Below are positions 26,327-39,825 of a stretch of 64,000 nucleotides of DNA, piece after piece. A model generated the notes under the pieces. It made no database searches, was not told the origin of the DNA, and was given only the letters and a program-made list of their open reading frames with translations. The stretch is from contig NC_068986.1 of the NCBI RefSeq assembly GCF_001194135.2, forward strand, positions 95,674,614-95,738,613. Direction: 5' to 3'. Positions within the stretch are counted from its first letter, which is position 1. The number at the start of each line of letters is the position of its first letter. The stretch comes from Octopus bimaculoides. Taxonomy: Eukaryota. The position numbers and the translations under genes were made by a program.

Positions 26327-27142
26327 ATGAGTACTAAAGAAGAAGAGAGTACCACCAGTACAAGTGGTGGAAGTGTTGAGAAGAAGAAAAGAAAAGTTGT
26401 AGGACTGGAAGAGAAATTAGCAATAATTGATAAATATGAAAGCGGTATTACTAAAGCAAAGATTAGCCGAGAACATGCTATCGGCGAATCAACAGTGCGC
26501 AATATTATTCAGAACTCGAAGATTTATAAAGAAAAGGGACAAAGTGCTGCTTCATCGTCGAATTTCCAAACAACAAGAAACCGAAGCTCTACAATGATTG
26601 AAATGGAACGTCTATTGTCAATTTGGATCGAAGACTGCAATCAAAAGAACATTCCTTTAAATACAACGGCCATTAAAAAGAAAGCTGTCAGTTTGTTTGG
26701 AGCTGTCCAAAGAAAACGGAAAGAAGAAAAGAAAACCGAAGCGGAAACTAACGAAACATTTTTTGGAAGTTCTGGATGGCTCGTCAGGTTTAGAAAACGA
26801 TCTAAAATGCATAACCTTGGAATTGTAGGGAAAAGCGCGTGTTCGGACGATAGTGCGGCAACTAGACATCCCGCCGAATTTAAACAAATTATTGAAGGTG
26901 CTAGTTGTGATGATCAAGATGAAGCTATGTCGCAAATGAAAGAATTCTCAATTAATGAAATCGATGCAATTTTAAAATTTTTTGAAGATGGAAAGCAGAT
27001 GATAATGAGTTCAGATCCAAATGTAGAAAGAGCGATGCTAGTCAGTAAACAAATTGAAAAAGCACTCAGTTGCTATAGGGCTTTGCGTAAAGAGAAAAGA
27101 TTAAAACAAACATCCCTTTTACAATATTTAAAAAAACAATAA
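26327..27142 (+). CDS. Tigger/pogo-derived HTH protein (psq-type + CENP-B-type HTH), DDE domain absent, 271 aa
   Basis: KRKVVGLEEKLAIID...IGESTVRNI (HTH1); MERLLSIWIED...AIKKKA...FFGSSGWLVRFRKR (HTH2); joins in frame to the Tigger C-terminal DPNVER...CYRALRKEKRLKQTSL. First ATG at 26327; AATAAA at 27138 and 27178. Confidence 0.8.
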   Translation: MSTKEEESTTSTSGGSVEKKKRKVVGLEEKLAIIDKYESGITKAKISREHAIGESTVRNIIQNSKIYKEKGQSAASSSNFQTTRNRSSTMIEMERLLSIWIEDCNQKNIPLNTTAIKKKAVSLFGAVQRKRKEEKKTEAETNETFFGSSGWLVRFRKRSKMHNLGIVGKSACSDDSAATRHPAEFKQIIEGASCDDQDEAMSQMKEFSINEIDAILKFFEDGKQMIMSSDPNVERAMLVSKQIEKALSCYRALRKEKRLKQTSLLQYLKKQ

Positions 27143-30100
27143 ACACATTTATTTATTTGCCTTTGCTAATGTAAGTCAATAAAACTAATTAAAACATCGG
27201 TATGATTTTTACACGTTATATATTCAAATACTGCCGTGTCCTTCGCGACATGCCTTGCGTGACTGATGTACTCGTGTATGTCTAACATTTTTTTTACACA
27301 TGAACGTTATCTCTGGTATATATATATTCTTCCACAAATATCCCTTAAGATGTTTTCCTCTTATATCATTATATTAAACTTTACTGATGCTCCACCGTCT
27401 CCTCTTTCCACACACATCTATACAGATATTTCTCCCGCGCTTTGTCTATGCTTACTACTACTACTACTACATTACATTGGTCATCTTTGTCTATAGTGGA
27501 CAGAAGCCAAAAATCTGTCAGTAGTCACTCTCCTGTTAACAAGAATAGTAACAGGTATAACAAGCAACATAATCCAACGATGGGATTTTACAGATTTGCT
27601 TGGTCTTATGATATGTATATATGCGTATGCGTGTGTCCATTAACTCAATACTGTCTTTGTAAAATGAAGGAATCGTTTAAAGTTATAAAACATCTATCAT
27701 AAATTCTATTCCCGTCTAGGATGCAGTATCTTAACATCAAACAAATTTAGTATTTGACTGGCATTTTATTTTATCGACCGTCCCAGAACTTTGAAAGTTG
27801 ACACAAGCAGAGTATGCAATTAGATGGGCAGTGACCCCGTTTTAGCCCACCAGGTTATCTAAGTGGCATTCCTTGATTGTACTTTTCTAAAATTGGTCCT
27901 TTGTGCCCCAAATATTTAAAGATTTTCAAATAAACTATAACGCTTTTCCTACAAATTCTACTGGCCAATTTTGTCTTTCATCCTTTCAGGATTAATAAAA
28001 TAAAGTACTAGGCAAGTACTGGAGTCGATGCAATCAACATACACTGTCCTCTAAAATTACTGCACTTGTTGAAAATTTGTAATCGACATTATATTTTTAT
28101 TTAGTTGATTGCTAGAAACATTTATGTAAAAATATTAAAAGCAATTATTTAGTTGGTCATTTGACAGGAGAATTTGTCACCTTTTTACATTTTAAGTTCA
28201 AATCTCACCAAGGTAAGATTTATATACATGGGTGTATTGCATTTCCTTTTCTTGATACTGCATGGTAGTTGTAAATGAGCATCACTGTCACAGAAGCAGT
28301 GTCATTCATTTCTAATATTCTGCAAAAACAAGGCAGCAAGCTGACAGAAATGTTAGCACACCAGACGAAATGCTTAGTGGTATTTTGTCTGTCTTTATGT
28401 TCTGAGTTCAAATTCTGTTGAGGTTGACTTTGCCTTTCATCCTTTCAGGGTCGATAAATTAAGTACCAGTTGCATACTGAAATTGATCTAATCGACTGGC
28501 CCCCCCCTCCCCCAAAATTTCAGGCTTCATGCTTAGAGCAGAAAAGAATATTCTGCAAAAACGTCTGGCTATGGGAAAATTCAACCTTGCTTGGAAACAG
28601 GTGAGAGTTGGAGACAGGGAGGGCAGCCAGCCAAAGAAAATTTACTTCAATAAACTACATCCACTCAATGCATGCATAGAATAACAGACATTAATGATAA
28701 TATGTACTGAATATATATTTTGTAAAATTACACAATGATAACAGGATAGGCATGCATACCCTTAATTGAGCAAGGAAAAGAGAAGTCAATTAACCAGCTA
28801 TAGTTACTCCATTAAAGACTCAGCAAATTCAAAAACTGAGGGGAATGATATCTAGATGAGAATGACTCTTATTGAGAAAGTGGCTGTGTAGTAAGAAGTT
28901 TGCTTCCCAACCACATAGTTCTGGGTCCAGCTCAACTGTGTGGCACCTTGGGCAAGTGTCTTCTACTATAACTTCAGGCTGACCAACTCTTGTGAGTGGA
29001 TTTGGTAGGTGGAAACTGAAAAAAGCCAACTGTCATATGTATGTGTGTGAGTCTTTGTCCTCACCCACTGCTTAACTGATGTGGGAAGTTTATGTCCCAC
29101 AACTTAGCAGTTCAGCAAAAGGGACTGACAGAATAAGTATGAGATTTCACAAAATGTACTGGGGTCAATTTGTTTGACACAAATAATAAAAGATAAATAT
29201 CTTCATTATATTTAGGTAAGATGAAATAAAAGGGGCAGCTGGTGTATTGGTTGGATCTGTTGGAGAAGGTAAAGATAGTTTTAATACTCCAAACATAAGA
29301 CTTTTGTCAGAAGCAACATATTCTAATCAAGTTAACACAAGCCAAAAGACAGCCTCTACAATGTCATTCAATCTGCTAGAAATTTACCGCCTTCAAATTA
29401 CCAAAAAAGGGAAGGACATATTAGATAATGAAATGCTATATATATATATATACTATATCCAAAAATAAATAAGATGGAACGGTTGTCAGTGGAACCATTC
29501 TTTAGTTATTGTCTGTTCAATCATGGCTAAGTCAAGACTGAACAACAATATAAATCATCATCATGAACTTGTTAGAAACAACACCAAAATCTTCAAATCA
29601 CGCTTTACTGTCTTAAAAACGGAATTAGAAAAACAGAGTTGTCACGGCTTGGCAAGTCTTTGATCTTAGGTCTCTTCAATTAGATCCGAACTTCGGAATA
29701 TACATGAGAAATCGAGATTTAATTTAGTTCACATACACAAGGGAGAAAACTCTGTTATAAATTTTAAACTTCATTGCTATATTTTACTGAAGAATGTTTT
29801 CACAACCATTCATAGAAAACTTGTCGTGCAGAAAGGAGCTAATCAAATATTTAGGAGGAATAACATATACTTCCATTTTCCCCCAAATTCTTCATGCTAC
29901 AATCCAGGATCATAGTAATTTAAAAAGACAGGGCTTAGTTTTGTACTGTACAGTTTTAGGCAGATGATATGCTTCAGCTCCACTGTAGATAGTATTTAGA
30001 ATAGCTTTGAATAGTGGATGCAGCTACCAGCATCCCTTGACACACTGAAATATATATAATGAAACTTCTCTAGTCTCCTTGTATACATACAGAACCATGT

Positions 30101-32795
30101 GCAGTCCTCAGCAAAATCCATGCTGACATGGGTTGTATGGACTTGCAATACAGAATGACTGCATGTGTTTAAATCCTGTATCATTTCAATGATGAAACCT
30201 CACTCCTAGCTGCTTTTACCACAATTACTTTCACTATTAATTCTCAAAATTTTTTCATGTAGCATTCACTTACATAACATGTCTAACCCTCATGGTAGTT
30301 TCCACTGACTTGCATCAGCTGAGAATTTTGCTATCACTTGTTAAGGTAAATCTTATGAGCCCCGCCAAAAAGAACTTATACACGGTTGCTTGATCTACTA
30401 GAAATAGCAATCAAATCTTCCTTAAATCAAATACTAGTAAAATCTTTAAAAAAAAGTAAGTTGACATATGTATTCATAATAATGTAGTTCTGTTTACATT
30501 GTATTTTAAACAGAAACAGGATGATCACATTTGGAACACCTATGGTGTTAGGTTGGTTCAATAAGAACTGACCTGAGGATAAAGTCATCATTGTCTTCCA
30601 TGCTGGCATTGGTTGAACAGAGCTGGTAAGGCTGGGAGGTGCACCAGGCTCCATTGTCTATTCTGGCATGGTTTCTATGGCTGGATGCGCTTCCAGATGC
30701 CAACCACTCGGTGTACTGGGTGCTTTTAACATGGCACCAGCATGATTTAAATTGAATTAAATTTTAAAAAATTGAAAACCATTTCCAGTTTATTTTAATT
30801 AAATATTCCATATAAAACAAACAAATAATATACAAAACTTTATAGCTGCCACTTTGCTTTCCCTCAGAGAGAAAAGTATTTTGAAATTTACCCCTTGTTT
30901 CATGTAATGAAGTTTGTTCATGAGTGAGTGGGTGTAATGAAGTTTGTTCATGAGGACAGTCGCTTACTGCAATTATGAGAAAAACAGAAAAAGTTGGTAG
31001 ATGGCTAACATCATTTTCCATTAATGCCGGTTTTCCATGCTGGTATGAGTTGGACTGACATAATTATGGTTTTTTTTATGTTCAAATCCTTCACCAAAGA
31101 CAGTTGGTAGGCATAATAAGATGAAGCTTGTATTTTCTGTTCTGTGAAAATCCAGTTCTATCTTCATGGTCTGAAGTTCTTATTACTTTTCAAGAATTGA
31201 AATTTCTACAATGAGAAAATAAATACATAAAAGTAATATGAAATAAAATGTAAAACACATCAACAACTACAAAAACAAAAAGTAATATAAAAATAGTATA
31301 ATTTGGTCTGTAAACAGTTATGTGTCTGATTATCTTCAGTCATGTACAACACAACACCCTCACCTCCTTAAAGTTACTATCAATACTAGATAATTTCTGA
31401 TGATCTCTCATCTATAACATTGTAAAACTATATCATTATGGTTAGAAATTGGACTGTGGAGTTGGACTTAAAAGCAATTAATGGGTTACTGAAGTCAAGG
31501 TTGATAAAAATGTACTGACTCCAAGTTCAGCTAAATATAAATAATATAATGTATTAAAATTTCCAATTTATATAGTATAGGCACAAATGTAGCTGTGTGG
31601 TTAAGAAGCTTGCTTTACAGTCACATGGTTTTGGGTTCAGTTTCACTGTGTGACATCTTGGGCAAGTATCTTTTACTATAGCCCCAAGTTGACGAACGAG
31701 TGAGTGAATTTGGTAGACAAGAACTGTGTGGTTTGTATGTGATTTATGCGTGTGAGTGCACATGTGTATCTTTGTGTTCATCTTCCTACCATTGACTGGC
31801 AATTAGTGTTGGTTTGTTTATGTCCTCATAACTTAGAAGATTTTAGTCAATTTAGGATTTCTTTCATTTAACCTTTATTCAATAGACATAATATTTCTTC
31901 AATAAATTCTAGAGGAATAAACTGTTCAATATTTTACAATTTTTATTTCATTTAATGTACAATTTCATGTTAACAGTTACTCAAATTTTATGTTGAAACT
32001 ATGCGTTAATCTTGAAATCAAAGACTTATATATCTAATTGACTTCATTTTTTCTAAATGGTAATTTGTTAAGTAGTTTTAACTTTGACTTTCTTTTATAG
32101 TATTCTTACATCTTATTTCTTTTATATCCTCTTACCCTTTGATAAACATGGCCACTTTTTTTAATTTCTAAGGTTTATTTAAAGCCTAATTGCTTGCAAG
32201 TTTTTTTACAAATACAATAAAAAACAACCAAAGTAGCATAACTATAGGCCTTTAAACCCAAACTTAAACAAGTTAGGATTCCAAAACGTGTCCTGATGAT
32301 TCATGTTGACCTTGTTTATCATATGCTCTCAATCAGTATAAGAAATTTATGATTAATTTAATTACAAGTAGGGAAGTTGAATTCATTGGCATCATAAATT
32401 GATGAGTCTTATGGAGCGACTCCATAACCCTGCTGAGAAAATACTTCAGTTGCTGATCTAGATTTACATGACAAAACAGGTAAATGTTTTGTTGATGTCA
32501 AATGCAACATCACTGTAACTAATATGAGAATATCCTTGACACACACCTGAAGAAGTGTCCTCATTTCTTGGTTGTCCAATTACTTCAGTCTGTTTAGTCC
32601 CATTCAAAAGATTTATGATCAAAAGATGTTCCAACTACAATATCATTCTATTTTATTTTCAGACACAACGTATCTAAGACTATTCTCCAATATAATAATA
32701 ACAACAACACAGCTCTTTAGCAGCCCATGTGCAGTAGCAGTTTTTGTGGCTAGCAAAGATATAAGCCTTAAACATAGTAACAATAAAGTTTGAAC

Positions 32796-33160
32796 TGCAG
32801 GAGTGGCTGTGTGGTAAGTAGCTTGCTTACCAACCACATGGTTCTGGGTTCATTCCCACTGCGTGGCACCTTGGGCAAGTGTCTTCTACTATAGTCTCGG
32901 GCTGACCAAAGCCTTGCGAGTGGATTTGGTAGACGGAAAACTGAAAGAAACCCGTCGTATATATGTATATATATATGTTTGTGTATCTGTGTTTGTCCCC
33001 CCAACATCGCTTGACAACCGATGCTGGTGTGTTTACGTCCCCGTAACTTAGCGGTTCGGCAAAAGAGACCGATAGAATAAGTCCTGGGGTCGATTTGCTC
33101 GACTAAAGGCGGTGCTCCAGCATGGCCACAGTCAAATGACTGAAACAAGTAAAAGAGTAA
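32796..33160 (+). mobile_element. tRNA-derived SINE with CORE-like centre (gcaggagtggctgtgtggtaag...caccttgggcaagtgtc...aaatgactgaaacaagtaaaaga)
   Basis: Near full length; related copies at about 10060-10400, 56370-56670, 28850-29180, 31560-31835. Confidence 0.8.
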
Positions 33161-33960
33161 AAGCACTTTGATGCTCCCTCTTTAACATTCATGTTAATCT
33201 TAACCTTTAACCTTAATCTTCAACATTCATTATACTCTCACTTATACAAGCAAACAAAGGAATTTCCTTGGGGTTGTTTGATTTCTTTGTAGTTTGTACC
33301 GAGTGAGAAGGAATGGCAGCACTCAATGAACTTTACAGGATTTCATAGACCAATAAGGACCAGGCAAAGGAAAAACAACTCACACAACTTGAAGGCTACT
33401 GAAGTAGGAAGTAGCACTTCAATATTAGGCGCAAAGATCTGGTTCTAATTCTGTGAACCTAAGGGCCAGATGACGAGGCTGATGTTAAATCAGGTGACAT
33501 TAAATTTATCATCTAAGAAATATGTACAGACCATCAAAGAAGATTCCATTTATAAACTGTGTCATCTTGGGACTATAGTGGAAGACACTTGTCCAAGTTG
33601 TTGCAGAGTGGCATCAAACCTAGAACCAAGTAATTGCAAAGTGAATTCTTAACCACATAGCCATATTTGTGCCAGAAATAGCAGCTACAATTCTTTCAAT
33701 CCATACCCTCCCTTCTTAAATAAAGTAGGAGACATCAAGCAATGTGGTCCCTTGTATAAAAAAAAGAGAGGACAGTCACACCTAGGACACCCCTGATCAT
33801 ATATATGCTTGATCAGAGAATTGATCTGGGACCAAGCAAAAACAACAAAAACTCAGACATTGTTGTAAATTCTAAAAGAAGCAATAAAAAAATATAGTGA
33901 AAATAAATAAATAAATAATTGTAAATTTACCAATTTAAGAACTGGTTTCTCTACCAAAAT

Positions 33961-33996
33961 TCAATCTTCTGGTTCTTCATCTTCATCTGGAACACA
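33961..33996 (-). CDS. RAD1: RAD1 coding exon 8 ([11 protein letters not shown])
   Basis: AG acceptor at 33998-33997; matches the Rad1 C-terminal C.PDEE motif; TGA stop. Confidence 0.85.
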   Translation of the reverse strand, partial: CVPDEDEEPED

Positions 33997-36900
33997 CTGC
34001 ATTCCATGATGAGACAAAAAAATATCAAATAAATAAATAAAAATTGTCAGTTTGACAATTAGAATTGGTAACTCTTCCATTTTAACATCCACCACTTTAA
34101 ATTTTAGCCTCTCCCCTACCATTCTCTCTCAATAACAAACATAACTCAAATAAGAACCGTCCAACCTAACCCATGCTGGCATGGCAGATGGCCCTCCAAG
34201 GGGCACCAGAGGAAACCCCACAAAACCAGTCATCCAGACCACTAAGGCAAGTGCCTGCTTCCTGTTCTCATCTTCTACAGGTGTATGTTCAGAGTAGGCC
34301 TATTCATTCAGACCATACTTGCCACTCATCCACCTTTCAACAAATTTGCTAGGAGACAATGCTTCCTTCTCCATCCTCATTTTGCTTTTCAAGTAAAACT
34401 TGAAAAGGGTTATGAAGGTTTGGCCAAAGAGAAATCTGACTGTTTTCAGCCCTTTCAATCTTGTCCATCATACAATCTGTTTCGCCAAAGCCACCAAAGA
34501 GATAAAGGCTGCAGTCTCTTCTTAGCCAAAGGAAGGTGGTGGGACAATCTTTATGATGCACTCTCGTTCCTTTCTTCAAGAGAGAGAGAGAAAATACAAA
34601 ATTGATACTATTGTCATCACTAAGGATACTAATAAGAGGTTTAATTAAAATGAATTGACAAAGCATACAGAAATCCAGTTAGCATTTATTATACACCACA
34701 TCTGCTTCTTCATGTAACTTATTAATTATGACACCATCATTGTCTTTTACTGTGGATTATTTTGTTTTGTTTTACTCCAAGAAACAGTATGCACTTATAG
34801 CTTTCTTCTATTAGTCGTCACCACATCCACTGATGAACCATTTGTGTGTACATAAAATAAACTGAAAATGTGGAAGCTGTTTAAAAGACTAAGAACAAAG
34901 TCATCAATCTTTGCGTTATTTAAAATTACTCTGTATGGATTTCCAGTGGCTGGAGAGAGGCAAGTTAGGCATGGTTTGTTCGATGTGCCATGTTAACTTA
35001 AAAGATGTCTTTGAGGACAAGAGAGATGTGACAGTGGCTAGGTATCAAAGATATATCTAAAAGCAACGTCTAAAAGACTTGAAAGATACAGTTATGTGGT
35101 ATGGACATGTAAACATGAATACATGAGGTTATAATGAGTTAATGCTGGAAGGTAACTGTGACAGAGGTAGATCAAGAAAGACATGATGGCTTTACACCAG
35201 AGAGCATTGGGCCTCAAAGATGAGATGATGCAGAATTATAAACCCATTTAACATATGGTAACATGAAAAATGTAGATGTTAACAATGGTAAATATGCTGC
35301 CATTCTTTAATCCCAAGTTAGCTGTGATTGAGCAGAATTATGACTAAGGACATTTCAGCCATCATCATCCTACTTCTTTTTCAGATATAGCATATCTAGG
35401 ACTACATTATCCAATGTGTACACTTTTTTTCAGGATAATATAATGCAATTTGAAAGAGATTTGATTGCTTTTTCAAACAGGTCAAATGCTCATATAGGAG
35501 CTCCTCATATGTGCATGATTGTACATATACAAGAATAATATACATTTGAACAAACAGGTAAAAATATCAGATGAGTGTTGAACTTGTAATCTGAGCCATA
35601 ACACAGTCTTTTTCTTCTCAACAACAGCAATGATAACCCTTTTTACTTTCTACTATAGGCACAAAGTGTAAAATTTGGGGAGAGTCGGGTAGTTGATTAC
35701 ATCGATCTCAGTGCCCAACTGATACTTATTTTATCAACCTCAAAAGAATGAAAGGTAAAGTCGGCCTAGGCAGAATTTGAACAGAGTATAAAACCAGGAT
35801 ATATTCCATGAAGAATTTTGTCTGGCATGCTAACAACTCTGCCAGCTTGCAGCCTTAACAACAGCAACATTAAGAAATCAATGAAGGGAAAACTTACATA
35901 AAACTCCACAAAACAGACTTGTCCATCTTCATTTTTTATCATAAACTGGAGAGAAAGGAAGCCACGTCTGTCAACCCTGATGGAAACACGTGAAGAGATG
36001 GCCAGTGCTTTCACTGATGGCTTTAAAAGTAAGATTTTATACCTGAAAAAGAAAATTTTTGAAAATTCAGAATTTACAATTCTGGAATATTCTTTAACTA
36101 GTTTCAGACTTGGCAAACATACTGGGGCAGCAACTTTAAATGGTTTTAGAGGCAATTATATCCCTAGCTCCTGTTACAGTATTTTGTCTGGTACTCATTT
36201 CATCAATTTCTCTTTATCAAATGGCAAAGTTTTCCTTGGCATAAAGAGAGATAATATGATATCAAAATATCATAAGGTACATTTCTTAAAAATCGGAGTA
36301 GAGGCCTTGGTCTCAAGACCACTCTACAAACTGAGGTTGGGGGTAAGCAAGGGCATGCTCCCTGTAGAAAATCCAGCTCCAAAAAATACATGCATACATA
36401 TACAGGATGATTCGTAAGTAACTCCCTATTCTAAAATAATTATAATTTATTCAAATGCTGTAATATGTTTTTCAATTTTTGTGTGTATGTTACTTAATGT
36501 GTGGCAATTAAACCTATGCTTTTGTTTTCTTTTCAGATCTGTTATATGAATTTGGTTTTTAATCTTGTTAATTTGTTTGAAATTTCAAAGCCCTACAAAA
36601 ATGGCTGGACGTCTTACTGTACAGGAACGCGCCCAGATAGCTGCACGTTACGAAGTTTGGAGATCCATTGTTCAAGTGCAAAGATGGTAGAGAACCATTA
36701 AGGGAAGACATGCTCAAATTGACCCAAAGACAATCAAGAATTGTCATGCAAAACTCATGACTACAGGATCTGTGACTGATACTCAAAGAAGCGGTCGCTC
36801 TTCCAAATTCAGAGACCCTGAGGTAGTGCAAGTTGTTCAAAAAATGTTTACCCATAGCCCACAAAAGTCAATTCGACAAGCAGCAAAAGAAAGTGGGTTC

Positions 36901-39787
36901 TCGTTTCGCTGTGTACGTAATGTGCTTAAAAATGAGCTTAAATGGCGTGCTTGGAAGCCACACTACTGCCAAGCACTCTCTGCCGAAGACTGCGACATTC
37001 GTATGGAGTTTGGAGAGATGATGTTGGCTTGGTTTAGAGATTGGCCCGATCTCTTAAAAAATATTCTCTGGAGTGATGAAGCTGTATTCCACATAGGTGG
37101 GTTTGTAAACCGTCATAACTGCCACTACTGGGCGGGAGAACATCCTTGTGTTACCAGTGAAAAAATGCAGAATTGACCCAAGATAACGGTATGGTGTGGA
37201 ATGACTTCGACCATGAACGCTGAAAGGTACCTCACTATGTTGAGAGATGAAATTTGGCCAATTATCAGTGCTTGGGACAATATTGAAGATTTAATTTTCA
37301 TGCAAGATGGTGCTCCTCCACACTTTGCTATTGTTGTTCGTGAATGGCTGAATGCCCAATTTCCTGGAAAATGGATGGGTCGTCGTGGTTCACACGAATG
37401 GCCAGCCAGAAGTCCTGACTTAACACCCTGCGACATTTTCCTTTGGGGTTGGTTGAAAGAACAAGTCTACTCAACCAAACCAAGAAATCTGGAAGAACTT
37501 GAAGGGAGACTACGTGAAGTTATTAGTTCCATCCCACAAAAGTTTCTTGTGAAATCAGTTGATGCGGTTCATGGTCGACTTGAAAAGCTGGTGGCGAATG
37601 ATGGTGCCCATATTGAATTTTAAATAAAAGTCCATGTAATATACTTTCTTCTCATATTCATTAATTGGAGAAATTATACTTCAAAAATATATTAGTCATT
37701 TTAGAATAGGGAGTTACTTTCGGATCACCCTGTATATCACTATTGCATTAATGTCAACTTTGCCATGCTTGCACGGTTCAGATAGAAATAAAATAATTGA
37801 AGAAGACTTGTTTCCAAGCAAGATATTTCCCTATGGCCAGACATGCTTCTAGGGAAGATGGGAAACAAAGGACACTGCATATATGACGGTGATACTTGTT
37901 TACAACTATAGCATGATGTGAAGATTAAGAGAACCCCCAATACACACACACACACAGAGGCCTCCTTCAGTTTCTGCCAGTCAAATCCACTCACAAAGCT
38001 TTGGATGACCCAGGCCTATAGTAGAAGCCATTTACCCAAGATACCAAAACAGTAGAATGGAACCAAAGACCATGTGGTTGGAATGTGAACTTCTTAACCA
38101 CACCGCCATACCTGCACAATAAACACATACATATATATACAATCATACATACACACACACATACCGGCACCACGTAAAAAGCATCTGTGCTGGTACCACA
38201 TAAAAAGTACATCCTGTAAAATAGTTGGTGTCAGGAAGAGCATCCAGCAACCATAGAAATCATGCCAAAACACAACTGGAGCCTGGTGCAGCCCATTCTC
38301 TCTAAACAACATCCACATATATATATATATATATACATACATACATACATACAGACAGACAGACATACACACACACTGCTTTACAGTCAAAGAGTAACTA
38401 ACCTACATAATTACCTATTAGTCTGGGTAGCTTGGCACTGGAAAGATTCAATCATATCAGAATCTCGTGGAAAATCAGACTGGAAGACAAAGAAAATTTG
38501 ATATATGCTAGATTGAAAGAATCAGTAGAGGGTGCAACAAAATATTTTGTGGTATTAGGCCTGTCTGTGTGTGTGTGTAAGTCAACATCATCATCATTGC
38601 TTTAATATCTACTTCTCTATGCTTGCAATAGTCAGATAGTATTCATTGAAGCTGATTAACCTATGGTCTGATACCCTTCCTGTCACCCTCACCAATTTCC
38701 AAGTAAGGAAACAGTTCCCCATGAACAGACATATTTTAAAGAAAGTCTAGAATCAAGGGATACACCTGGTATGACAGTGATGTCCATAACTATTCTGCAA
38801 TGTCATGACAAGAAGACACAAACAAACACATAAATACAACAGGTTTCTTTCAGTTTCATTTTACCAAAAAGCTTTGTTTGGCCCAGGGCTATAATACTAA
38901 GACACTTGCCCAAAATGCTACACAGTGAGATTGAACCTGAAACCAAGTAGTTGGCGAGTAAACATCATACCCACACAACACTATATATATATACATATGT
39001 GGTATTTGTTTTGTGTTTTTAAGAAAAAATGCAGATGGCTCAATACACACTGTGTTTGAATTTGTGTAGAATTTATTATAATTGTACGTTGTAAACCTGA
39101 ATATTTCTTCATACTTTGTCGACTGAATGAAGCCTTCAGATAGGAAATATCTAGTTAACCAACACACAACTAATATATATATATCTTCTTTCTTCTTCAT
39201 CGTTTAACGTCCGTTTCCATGCTAGCATGGGTTGGACAATTTGACTGAAGACTGGTGAAACCGGATGGCTACACCAGGCTCCAATCTGATTTGGCTGAGT
39301 TTCTACAGCTGGATGCCATTCCTAACGCCAACCACTCCAAGAGTGTAGTGGGTGCTTTTACATGCCACTGGCACGAAGGCCAATGAAGCGGTACTGGCAA
39401 CGGCCACGCTCAAAATGGTGTATTTTATGTGCCATCTGCACAGGAGCCAGTCCAGTGAAACTGGCAACGATCTTGCTCGAATGACTTTTCACATGCCCCC
39501 GGCATAAGTGCCAGGAACGCAAAGCTGCGGCACAAGTGTCAGGAAGGCGACGCTGGTAATGATCACGCTCGAACAGTGGTGCCATCACGATTTTGCTTTC
39601 GCTTGCCCCAACAGGTCTTCGCAAGCAGAGTTTAGTGTCCAATGGAGGAGACGTTGGTATGGGGGCCAGTTGTCGAATTTAGTTATATATATGTACACAC
39701 ACACACAAATGTATAGACACATGCATGCATATGCACACGTGTTCCTTTTTTAGGTATGCTGTACCTTTTGCATTGTATCTTACATGC

Positions 39788-39825
<38 letters not shown>

